Below, piece after piece: positions 5,658 to 13,248 of a stretch of DNA of 25,448 nucleotides. The stretch spans positions 1-25,448 of the IMG/VR virus record IMGVR_UViG_3300046717_000185. One strand, given 5' to 3'. Below the pieces are notes generated by a model. The model had not been told where the DNA came from and did not search any database. It was given only the letters and a program-made list of their open reading frames with translations. The position numbers and the translations under genes were made by a program. The stretch comes from a virus (taxonomy: Duplodnaviria > Caudoviricetes). Numbering within the stretch: the stretch's first letter is position 1; the number at the start of each line of letters is the position of its first letter.

Positions 5658-5935
5658 AGCCTCCCCTGTCCATCCTCGACCCGCAGTTCAAGTACACCCC
5701 CAGTCACGCCACCGATATCCGGGTCCGCTTCGACCGGCTGCGGAAGGCGGCAGGGTTCAAGGTGCCGATGCCACGGCTGGAGGTGCATGACGTGTTCCCG
5801 CCCATCCCGACCAATGCCTACGACTACGCCGCCACCCGCGACGGGTACGAACCGGGATGTCTGATCGGCAGGGGGCCTACGAAGGACGCGGCCATCCAGG
5901 ATCTGTTGCAGCAGGAATACGACAACGGCAAATAA
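5654..5935 (+). CDS. Hypothetical protein, possibly a fusion of two micro-domains
   Basis: SD GGAG, ATGA overlap at 5654-5657; ends just before promoter copy 2. Confidence 0.75.
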   Translation: MKPPLSILDPQFKYTPSHATDIRVRFDRLRKAAGFKVPMPRLEVHDVFPPIPTNAYDYAATRDGYEPGCLIGRGPTKDAAIQDLLQQEYDNGK

Positions 5936-5949
5936 TATTAGAAAAGCTA

Positions 5950-5978
5950 TTGACACTTTTCTACGCTGCGCTGATAAT
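5950..5978 (+). promoter_or_regulatory. Strong sigma70 early promoter (copy 2)
   Basis: TTGACA-17 nt-GATAAT; flanks resemble copy 1. Confidence 0.8.
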
Positions 5979-6016
5979 TCAGACATCAACAACGCAGTAC
6001 CAACCGGAGAAACAAA

Positions 6017-6202
6017 ATGACCAAAATCCAAATCAGCGCCGAAGACCAAGCCGCCGAACAGCAAGCCATGATTAACAGCTACGAGGCCGAGATCCGCCGC
6101 CTTGAACGCCAACTCGACGATGAAGATCTGGCCCTACGCCGCAACGCCGACCACATCGACGGCTACGACCTGGACGACTTGGGCGAGTCGCCCGACTACT
6201 AA
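6017..6202 (+). CDS. Small acidic hypothetical protein
   Basis: SD GGAG; 17 D/E vs 6 K/R in 61 aa (manual count). Confidence 0.8.
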   Translation: MTKIQISAEDQAAEQQAMINSYEAEIRRLERQLDDEDLALRRNADHIDGYDLDDLGESPDY

Positions 6203-6273
6203 GAACCCAGAGGCTAGGCCCGAGCCTAGCTCCTGCGCTCTAGCGCCTACCCCCCCCCCGGAGAGAAACCAGC

Positions 6274-6549
6274 ATGAGCCACTACGAATACCAACTGTCA
6301 GCCGCCGAAGAGAACGCAGTCGATCCCGGCGTCCTTGAACAGATGCGCGACCGCGCCTTCGCGGCGATGGTCGAAATGTGTAACACCGCCGACGGCAACT
6401 ATGTCCGCACCGGCTGGCTGGAATTCTGCGATGAGTGCCGCGAATGCACCGCCAAGGAATTCGTCACCAGCCTGCGCGAGGTGGGCCAGGAGTGGTGGGA
6501 GGAAGCGGTCCAGGAACAGTGGGCCGAGTTGTACGAAGCAACCGAATGA
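6274..6549 (+). CDS. Acidic Trp/Cys-containing hypothetical protein
   Basis: SD GGAG; 21 D/E vs 6 K/R in 91 aa (manual count). Confidence 0.8.
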   Translation: MSHYEYQLSAAEENAVDPGVLEQMRDRAFAAMVEMCNTADGNYVRTGWLEFCDECRECTAKEFVTSLREVGQEWWEEAVQEQWAELYEATE

Positions 6550-6569
6550 TCACAACCCAGGGAGTCAGA

Positions 6570-6764
6570 ATGAAAACCTACCGCATCACCGTCACCGAGA
6601 TCGGTGGCAACGACGGCAGTGTCGTCGGCAATGAGACGACAACCACCGACGTCTTCACCCAGGTGGTGCCCGAGGCCGACTTCAACCTGCGCGGGGTCAT
6701 CTCGGCCGTCAACAGCAAGCCCCGCGTCCGCAACCGCAAGCCCAAGGCCGAGGCCCCGAAATGA
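6570..6764 (+). CDS. Hypothetical protein (MKTYRITVTE...), basic tail
   Basis: SD GGGAG before ATG 6570. Confidence 0.75.
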   Translation: MKTYRITVTEIGGNDGSVVGNETTTTDVFTQVVPEADFNLRGVISAVNSKPRVRNRKPKAEAPK

Positions 6765-6958
6765 CCCACGATGAAAAGCTTGTCGTCGCCCAGAACATGA
6801 TCGACTACGGTGGCGGCTTCGTGCGCCGCCTGGGCGAACTCTGGCTATACGCCGACAGCGATAACTGCGCCAGGATCGAGGCCACTTGGCCCGAATACGT
6901 CGAGAAGTACACCCACAACTTCTCCAGCAGGTTTCCTGCCAACAGGCCCAAGCAATGA
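6761..6958 (+). CDS. Small phage protein (M..YGGGF...L......AD..N..RI...WP motif)
   Basis: ATGA-coupled 65 aa ORF. Confidence 0.8.
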   Translation: MTHDEKLVVAQNMIDYGGGFVRRLGELWLYADSDNCARIEATWPEYVEKYTHNFSSRFPANRPKQ

Positions 6959-7296
6959 ACGACAACGACAAGAACCTGCTGCGCGTGATCCACTTCACCC
7001 AGGCCCAGGAGTTGCAGCGCAAGGCGATTGGTCACGGCGTCCTGCGCCGCGACTGCGCCAGCAGGGTCAAGCTGGAATTGTCCTTCCGGCTGGAGATCGG
7101 TGACCTCGATACCTGCCGCGACTGCTGCGACTGGCTGGCCCACGAGCATCCCGAGGCCCTCGCCGAAATCATGTCCCCCGGCGAAATGACGCACAAGGAA
7201 GTCATCGACATCTGGCGCGACCGCTGGATCGATGCGGTGATCGCCAGCGAGGGCTGGGGAACCATAGATATCCGTTACCAACTGGGAGTCGAGTGA
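6955..7296 (+). CDS. Hypothetical protein (CxxCC motif)
   Basis: ATGA-coupled ATG at 6955. Confidence 0.75.
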   Translation: MNDNDKNLLRVIHFTQAQELQRKAIGHGVLRRDCASRVKLELSFRLEIGDLDTCRDCCDWLAHEHPEALAEIMSPGEMTHKEVIDIWRDRWIDAVIASEGWGTIDIRYQLGVE

Positions 7297-7586
7297 TGTC
7301 CCAGCAGCAGGCAGACCTTGGAAAGGAGCAGTACGAAATGACCACCCTATGCTATGACCGCAACGAGAAGCACGGCCTGAAGCTGCTGCGCGACGATGAC
7401 CCCGGCAAGGTGCGCTACGCACCACTCGCCGAGGGGCCGGATGACATTACGCCGGTCTTCGGTTCCTACCTGAAGCAGTTGCACTACGTCTGCCGCGCCC
7501 ACGCGCAGGGACTGATCATCAGTCACGTCGACCCCATGCTCGACGGGTGGCAGCAGTGGGACTCCAAGCTGGAGTTCCGCAAATGA
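7293..7586 (+). CDS. Hypothetical protein
   Basis: 97 aa ORF, GGGAG upstream, coupled to neighbours. Confidence 0.72.
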   Translation: MMSQQQADLGKEQYEMTTLCYDRNEKHGLKLLRDDDPGKVRYAPLAEGPDDITPVFGSYLKQLHYVCRAHAQGLIISHVDPMLDGWQQWDSKLEFRK

Positions 7587-8434
7587 GCGCCGAGAAGCCA
7601 CCTCTCATCGAGAAGGGCCAGCAGTCACCGCCCCCGCCCCCAACTGGGCTGGAACTGCTGCGCCTGCCGTTCCCGGCGCATCAGGTGTCGAAACTCCCCA
7701 AAGGCACCAAGGCCCAGAACGACTGCGCCCCCGGCCTCAAGAAGAAGTGCGAGGTCTGCGGGGGCTGGCACCACCCGGACGTGATCCATCTCGACTACGT
7801 CGGCCACGCCGCCTTGACGGACCGGCTGCTCGACGCCGACCCTTCCTGGAACTGGGAGCCGATGACCCTGGGCGAAGACGGCCTGCCGCAGTTCGATGCC
7901 ACCGGCGGTCTGTGGATTCGGCTGACCGTGCATGGGGTCACCAGGATCGGCTACGGCAACGCCGAAGGCAAAAGCTATATGGACGTAGGCTCCCGCGAGA
8001 AAGAGTGCATTGGCGACGCTCTACGCAACGCGGCGATGAGGTTTGGTGCCGCTTTGGACCTCTGGCACAAGGGGCAACTGCATGTCGAGGAAAATGCAAG
8101 CATCGACCACGACAGCAATACCCTACCGGCCAGGATCGAGCGTATCCGCGCCGATAGCGAACCACCCAAGGGGTCGGCACGGGGGGTGACCGAGGACGCC
8201 TTCAACGCACTGACCGAGGCCGAGCGCGAGTCGATCCAGCGCAAGGCGCAGTCGGTGGTCGAGGCCTACGCCGCGAAGGGCATCCCTGAGGCAGTCGACG
8301 TGCTGCAAGACCTGAAGCTCACCGTCGAGGAGAAGCTTGCGATCTGGTTCTGCTTCGACTCGGAATTCCGCAGTTCAATCAAACGCGAAGAGATTCGCCG
8401 TCGCAACCTGCAAACGGAGATGGACGATGCCTGA
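7583..8434 (+). CDS. Rad52/Sak-like single-strand annealing protein
   Basis: L..PF, LDYVGHAALTDRL...DP.WNW, GLWIRLTVHGVTRIGYG, KE.IGDALRNAAMRFG.ALDLW motifs; directly upstream of the SSB. Confidence 0.8.
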   Translation: MSAEKPPLIEKGQQSPPPPPTGLELLRLPFPAHQVSKLPKGTKAQNDCAPGLKKKCEVCGGWHHPDVIHLDYVGHAALTDRLLDADPSWNWEPMTLGEDGLPQFDATGGLWIRLTVHGVTRIGYGNAEGKSYMDVGSREKECIGDALRNAAMRFGAALDLWHKGQLHVEENASIDHDSNTLPARIERIRADSEPPKGSARGVTEDAFNALTEAERESIQRKAQSVVEAYAAKGIPEAVDVLQDLKLTVEEKLAIWFCFDSEFRSSIKREEIRRRNLQTEMDDA

Positions 8435-8678
8435 GACCAAGTACGACAACAGCGGTGCCCTGTTCATCAATTCACGCAAGGAGAAGGACACCCACCCCGA
8501 CCGCACCGGCAACTGCACCATCAACGGCGTCGAGTATTGGATGGATGGCTGGATCAAGGAGGGCAAGGAGGGTAAGGACAAGTGGTTGTCGCTGTCCTTC
8601 AAGCGCAAGGAAAGCAAGCCGCAAGAGCGGTCTGCATCCCGGCCCAAGGCCGACTTCGACGATGACATCCCGTTCTGA
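8427..8678 (+). CDS. Small phage single-stranded DNA-binding protein
   Basis: NSGALF.N..K....HPD.TG...I.G..YW..GW core and the canonical SSB acidic tail DFDDDIPF. Confidence 0.8.
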   Translation: MPETKYDNSGALFINSRKEKDTHPDRTGNCTINGVEYWMDGWIKEGKEGKDKWLSLSFKRKESKPQERSASRPKADFDDDIPF

Positions 8679-8680
8679 CC

Positions 8681-9028
8681 ATGGCAAGCGACGAACAGAT
8701 CGAACGGCGGATGCAGCAACTGCGGACCATCGCCCCGCAATACGCGAAGGCGAAGGCCCAGGTCGGCTACCTGGAGGAGTTCAAGAAATCCAAGTTGGCG
8801 CTGTTGATGAAAGCAGCCGAGGCCCAGGGGGCCACCAGCGCCGCCGCCCAGGAGCGCGACGCCCGGTGCCACCCCGACTACCTGGAACTGCTGGAGGGCC
8901 TCAGAGAGGCCACAGAACGCGCCGAGGCACTGCGCTGGGAGCTTACGCTGTCGACGGTCGCCGCCGATGTCTGGCGCAGCCAGGAGGCCTCCAAACGGGC
9001 GGAGAGGCATGGTTATGGAAATCCCTAA
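8681..9028 (+). CDS. Helical recombination-module protein (possibly UvsY-like mediator)
   Basis: 115 aa helical ORF with YAKAKA...LEE.KK, A..HPDY, DVWRSQEAS motifs; function inferred from context. Confidence 0.65.
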   Translation: MASDEQIERRMQQLRTIAPQYAKAKAQVGYLEEFKKSKLALLMKAAEAQGATSAAAQERDARCHPDYLELLEGLREATERAEALRWELTLSTVAADVWRSQEASKRAERHGYGNP

Positions 9029-9353
9029 AGACCCGGAGTACCGCAACCGCAAGCTCCTCGACCTGGCCCACCGGCTGGATTCAGTCTGCGGCAACTGCGG
9101 CGCCATCGGCCCCTGCGAACCGGCCCATAGCAACATGTCGATCCACGGCAAGGGTGCGGCGCACAAGGCCCATGACTGCTTCACCGCGCACCTCTGCGCA
9201 GCCTGTCACCGCTGGCTTGACCAGGGCACCGGCCGCGACCCCACCAAAATCTACACCGCCGACCGCGCCGATAAACAACTGATGTTCCGTCGTGCTATGG
9301 ACCGCACCTGGCTGCGCCTGTGGCGCGATGGATTGATACAGGTGACCCGATGA
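9015..9353 (+). CDS. Zn-binding His-Me finger nuclease-like protein (DUF1364/DUF968-like)
   Basis: YRNRKLL, CxxCG, AHSN....GKG...KA.D, LCxxCH..LD; SD GGAGAGG before ATG 9015. Confidence 0.8.
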   Translation: MEIPKDPEYRNRKLLDLAHRLDSVCGNCGAIGPCEPAHSNMSIHGKGAAHKAHDCFTAHLCAACHRWLDQGTGRDPTKIYTADRADKQLMFRRAMDRTWLRLWRDGLIQVTR

Positions 9354-9622
9354 GCCGCCTTCCAGATCGTGAATTGGAAAAGCTAAGCCGCGAAGAATTG
9401 ATCGCGCAATGCGTTCACCTGGACGCTGCGCGGCAGGCGGCCAACAACCATCAGGACCGCCTTCAAACCGCACTCGCCGCACGCGATGCGGAGATCAAGC
9501 GGCTGCGGTCTTCGCTACAGTACCTGTTCGACGCCTACCGTTACCAGCACAGTCCGCAACACAGAACGGCAGCACGAAACGAAGCCTTTGCTGTCCTCGC
9601 CCAACCCAAGGAACCAACATGA
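9350..9622 (+). CDS. Coiled-coil hypothetical protein (Ead/Ea22-like tail)
   Basis: ATGA-coupled; LAARDAEIKRLR...LAQPKEPT. Confidence 0.72.
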   Translation: MSRLPDRELEKLSREELIAQCVHLDAARQAANNHQDRLQTALAARDAEIKRLRSSLQYLFDAYRYQHSPQHRTAARNEAFAVLAQPKEPT

Positions 9623-9801
9623 GAGACGGAGCGGCAGATAAACTTGCCCAATTGCGATCAGAACTCGCCGCAGCGAATGCGGAGGTGGCACGGCTGCGCG
9701 AATTGCTGGTGGAGGCAAGCAATTGGTTGGGGCATGAGGGAAACCTAGCCTTGCGTGAAGGCATTACCGCCGCCCTCGCCCAACCCAAGGAGCCGACATG
9801 A
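9595..9801 (+). repeat. 28 bp direct repeat pair (9595-9622, 9774-9801)
   Basis: CCTCGCCCAACCCAAGGAaCCaACATGA vs CCTCGCCCAACCCAAGGAgCCgACATGA, 26/28 identical. Confidence 0.9.
9619..9801 (+). CDS. Coiled-coil hypothetical protein, paralogous to the upstream gene
   Basis: SD AAGGA, ATGA overlap; LAAANAEVARLR...LAQPKEPT. Confidence 0.72.
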   Translation: MRDGAADKLAQLRSELAAANAEVARLRELLVEASNWLGHEGNLALREGITAALAQPKEPT

Positions 9802-10064
9802 TCCACGCCGACGATGTCCTATGGGACAAGAAAGCCGTAGCCGACTACCTCCACTACAAGCCGAGAACGATGGAACGGGTCGGCAAACTTCCAGGCTTCC
9901 CGGCCCCGGCCCGACCCGGCAACCCCATCGTGTGGCGTGCCGGGGACATCATCGCCTGGTGCCGCGCCGCTAACGAAACCTCGGAATCGGCGTCCATCCA
10001 AAAAGCAAACCGAGCAAGATCAGCACAGCGAAAAGCCCGAGCAGCACCGTTGCCACAACCTTGA
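9798..10064 (+). CDS. Excisionase/AlpA-like winged-helix DNA-binding protein
   Basis: LWDKKAVADYL......T........PGFPAP........WRAGDIIAW pattern; near the end of the early operon. Confidence 0.75.
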   Translation: MIHADDVLWDKKAVADYLHYKPRTMERVGKLPGFPAPARPGNPIVWRAGDIIAWCRAANETSESASIQKANRARSAQRKARAAPLPQP

Positions 10065-10164
10065 ACGGGGGCGGCAGGGGGATCTGCCCCACCAACCAGT
10101 AGAGCAAGTAGAAAACGACGCCCAGGATGATCACGGCGACCAGCAGAGACAGCATCGATTCCAT
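9970..10164 (-). CDS. Small two-TM membrane protein (Thivi_2564-like; possible holin)
   Basis: SD AAGGAG; two hydrophobic helices separated by IPLPPPFK. Confidence 0.8.
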   Translation of the reverse strand: MESMLSLLVAVIILGVVFYLLYWLVGQIPLPPPFKVVATVLLGLFAVLILLGLLFGWTPIPRFR

Positions 10165-10189
10165 AGCAGCACTCCTTCAAGGAACCATC

Positions 10190-10483
10190 ATGGCAAGACA
10201 GCGAAAGTTATACACCGCAAAGAACGGACTCACCTATTACCTCGCCCCTCCCAGCAGGAGGGAGCAGAGTGCCAACTACCAGCGATTCAATGGCACCCCG
10301 CTGACCATTCTGCGCGATCCGCCTCCAGGTAGGGCGAAGGAACCGCCCAAGCGCAGTGGCCCCCTGGTCATCCCCCCCACCACCGTCTATGTGCCTAGTT
10401 CCCAGCTTCCTCATCCCCAGGCCACAACCCATAACCAAGCAGACCGGCACCCGCAAACCCCGGAAGATTCATCCCCGGTTTGA
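10190..10483 (+). CDS. Hypothetical protein (MARQRKLYTAKNGLTYYLAPPSRREQ...), opposite to the virion operon
   Basis: SD AAGGA before ATG 10190; fills an otherwise empty gap; 3' end overlaps the 865 aa gene by 89 nt. Confidence 0.55.
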   Translation: MARQRKLYTAKNGLTYYLAPPSRREQSANYQRFNGTPLTILRDPPPGRAKEPPKRSGPLVIPPTTVYVPSSQLPHPQATTHNQADRHPQTPEDSSPV

Positions 10484-12992
10484 GCTTGCCGGTGACTGGG
10501 TCATACATGCTTTCCAGCAACTTTATCCAACCCTTGCCAGTGCCAGCGACCTCGCGCAGGTGTTGCAGGTCGCTGCTGGTGCCACCACCCTTGTCGGCCC
10601 AGCGCACGTCCCTGCCGTGCTGGGCCAGCGCATCGCCAGCGATATACGGGTTCTGCTCAAACGCAGCGCGAAGCTGCGGGGTGGTATTGACCTCATTCAA
10701 GAAGGCACGAGTGGCGTGTCCCTCACCGGGTTTTTCCCAGAGGTTCACCCCAGGCTGACTCCAGTCCACGTTGTAGTCCTTCCCCACCGGCCGGTAATCG
10801 CCCACGTCGCGGTAGATGGTATCGGCCTTCACCCGCTCGATACCACCCTCCTGCCTCAACACCCCGTGCGGGTCCAGCGTATCCACCAGGCTGCGGAAGG
10901 TCTTGTCTTTCAGGTCGGGGGCATCCCCTGCCGGGTTCATCAGCGTCAGGCCCTTGCCCCTATCCACCACGTCAGGCATCCCGTACAGATCACTGACTGA
11001 CTTGACCCCCAGCAATTCGTCGGGCGTACTCCTTCCGGCCGTCGGGATCGCCACCGCATTCATGTCTTTCGTTCTGCCACCACGCCATACGATATGCCCC
11101 GCAGCCGCGTTCTGACCGCCAACGAGCGCCCTCCACAATTCACCGGTGTTGAACATCAGCTTGTCGGCATCGGTCAGTGATTTTGTCCCCCCAGGCCCAA
11201 CATCGAATGCCGCCAGCGGACGATGCACCAGGCCCTCCTCAAACGCTACCGGCTCACCCTGCGCCTTGTACATGCCTTGATTTTGGATCGATGGCCGCAC
11301 CCGCATCGCCACCCCACTATCCCCCGCCTGCATCCCGCTGTAGATCGGATCGCGAAAGCCTGGGGCCATCGCCCTTGGGTCGTAGTCCAGCGAATAAGCC
11401 CTGCGCTCTGCATCAGACCAATTCGCCGACCCTGGCAAATGCCCCCTCGCCGCCACCTTACTACCGACCATTTTCTCTGAGGTGATATTCATCGTGTGCT
11501 TGTCGAGAAAGTCGCCGATGGTCTTATTCCCCTCCTGGAACGCATCCTCATAGGCTTTGGCCCTCGCCTCGGTGACCGATAGCCCATCCTTCATGTATTT
11601 TTCCATCCAGCCCTGTCCGCTTTTCTCAAAGATCGCATCAGCCTTTTGCACCACCCACGGCGCGGCCTGGATCTGCTCTCCGGTCCAGTTGGAGCGCCCA
11701 CCGAGCTTCGCCTTGTTGGCCCGGTCCACCATCAATGCCGTCTCATAGTCAGACCAGGTATGCTGGCCCTTGGTTAACCCCGCCTTTTGCGGGATGCCGC
11801 TAGGTTCGGTATAGCCCAGGTTGACCGCATGGCGGAAGTCGTTGACCCCGGTGGCGCCCGGTGGGCGCGGCTGATTGGGGTTGCTGAACCGCCGGTACTC
11901 GTCGGTCTTCTCGGCCAATTGATACTTGCTCCAATCATTGGCGGCAATCGCCGCCCTCTGGGCCGCATCCTGCGCCGGGTAATGACCACCTTGCGGCAGC
12001 CCCACGATGTCACCAATACTAGGCCGCAAGCCGAATAGAAGCTCCGTTTCTGGACTGACCCCGGCAGAGTTTTGCCCCTCCTGTGCCGCCATCCAGTCCG
12101 CATGTTTCTTCGGGATGCCACCACCAATATCGGGATAGCGCGGATCGAACCCAGTCACTTCGGCAATTGCCGCCCGTTGCCGGTCATACCAGTCACCACC
12201 ACGGGCGTCTCTGGCAACATACTCATCGAGATACCTGCGCTGCGCCTCAACATCCGCCTTGGTCTTGATGTTGCGCGGACTGCCGACAAACCCACCCTCT
12301 GAAGAGACGGGGGAGGGAATCAGATGCGGTTCGGTACGGGCAATTCTGATGGAATCAGCGGTGGGGAGTGGCCTGATATCGGGCAGGTTGGTACTCTTGG
12401 TGATCGGAGGTACAGGAGGTGCCATCGGCGCTTGCGCTGCCGGGTTGGTCGGCGGCGAAGGGGCCGCTGGTGGTCCCTGGGGCGGGAGCTTCGGACCCTT
12501 CGGTGCCGCACCCAGCGCCAACGGTGCCTGCGGCAAGGGGATCATCCGGCCAGCCACCCTCCCCGCATTCGCCAGCGCCTCGTCGCTCATGCTGAGAATG
12601 CCCTTCACCACGCCCTTGCCAGCCTTCACCGCCGCACCGCCGAGACCGGCGAGATTGGCCGCGCCGGGAATCAGCGTCCCCACCGTTTCCGCCGTAGAAG
12701 GGGCACGCGGATCGAACACACCGGCATTGATCAGTTGCTGTCGCCACCACTCCGACCCACCCGGCAGATGGTCCGAGGGGATCATGTTCTGCCGGATATC
12801 CTGCGGCATCAGCACCGTGCTGATATCGCCCTGCGCCCCAAGGATGTCCATCAGCCCACCCAGCCCAGCCTTGGTAGCGCCCAGCGCAGTCCCGGTCAAA
12901 TCCTCTCGCGACTTCGCCCGTCGACGGTCCTGCTCTTCCTTGGTATACGGCACCTGACGGCGCAGTTGTTCTTCTCTGGTGATCATCGGCAT
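10395..12992 (-). CDS. Large putative ejected/internal virion protein with a possible HhH-glycosylase-related domain
   Basis: 865 aa; Gly/Ala-rich N-terminus, Pro linker, then DWY / NSAGVSPETE / K / VNDFRH / WTGEQIQAAPW motif series; hydrophobic C-terminal GAGLLG segment. Confidence 0.7.
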   Translation of the reverse strand: MPMITREEQLRRQVPYTKEEQDRRRAKSREDLTGTALGATKAGLGGLMDILGAQGDISTVLMPQDIRQNMIPSDHLPGGSEWWRQQLINAGVFDPRAPSTAETVGTLIPGAANLAGLGGAAVKAGKGVVKGILSMSDEALANAGRVAGRMIPLPQAPLALGAAPKGPKLPPQGPPAAPSPPTNPAAQAPMAPPVPPITKSTNLPDIRPLPTADSIRIARTEPHLIPSPVSSEGGFVGSPRNIKTKADVEAQRRYLDEYVARDARGGDWYDRQRAAIAEVTGFDPRYPDIGGGIPKKHADWMAAQEGQNSAGVSPETELLFGLRPSIGDIVGLPQGGHYPAQDAAQRAAIAANDWSKYQLAEKTDEYRRFSNPNQPRPPGATGVNDFRHAVNLGYTEPSGIPQKAGLTKGQHTWSDYETALMVDRANKAKLGGRSNWTGEQIQAAPWVVQKADAIFEKSGQGWMEKYMKDGLSVTEARAKAYEDAFQEGNKTIGDFLDKHTMNITSEKMVGSKVAARGHLPGSANWSDAERRAYSLDYDPRAMAPGFRDPIYSGMQAGDSGVAMRVRPSIQNQGMYKAQGEPVAFEEGLVHRPLAAFDVGPGGTKSLTDADKLMFNTGELWRALVGGQNAAAGHIVWRGGRTKDMNAVAIPTAGRSTPDELLGVKSVSDLYGMPDVVDRGKGLTLMNPAGDAPDLKDKTFRSLVDTLDPHGVLRQEGGIERVKADTIYRDVGDYRPVGKDYNVDWSQPGVNLWEKPGEGHATRAFLNEVNTTPQLRAAFEQNPYIAGDALAQHGRDVRWADKGGGTSSDLQHLREVAGTGKGWIKLLESMYDPVTGKLKPGMNLPGFAGAGLLGYGLWPGDEEAGN

Positions 12993-12993
12993 G

Positions 12994-13248
12994 TCATCTC
13001 CTCGGCGCCATCTGCTTCAATGCCCTGCCCTGCTCCTCAATCGCCTGCTCGATGCGCTCGATGCGCTGATCGCGCCGTTTCGCATCCTGCTGCTGCGCGT
13101 CCCGGTGCTGCGCCTCTTCCAGCGCCGTCACCCGCCTCTCCACCGACGACCAGGCCCACACCACCCCGGCCAGCACCACGCAAATCGCGATCAGCGCCTC
13201 GACCATGAGGAGGATGTTGAAGCCAGTGCGCGGGGTCTGCTCGACCAT
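12994..13248 (-). CDS. Single-TM plus coiled-coil protein (holin-like or membrane anchor)
   Basis: ILLMVEALIAICVVLAGVVWAW followed by a charged coiled coil. Confidence 0.75.
   Translation of the reverse strand: MVEQTPRTGFNILLMVEALIAICVVLAGVVWAWSSVERRVTALEEAQHRDAQQQDAKRRDQRIERIEQAIEEQGRALKQMAPRR

Noticed and set aside
9595-9801. 28 bp repeat as an att core or target-site duplication
   Set aside because: Both copies are coding gene ends with synonymous differences; no integrase or transposase nearby.
10208-10456. 82 aa minus-strand ORF as the gene filling the gap after the 865 aa protein
   Set aside because: Starts inside the upstream gene without an SD and looks non-protein-like; the plus-strand ORF at 10190 has better start signals.
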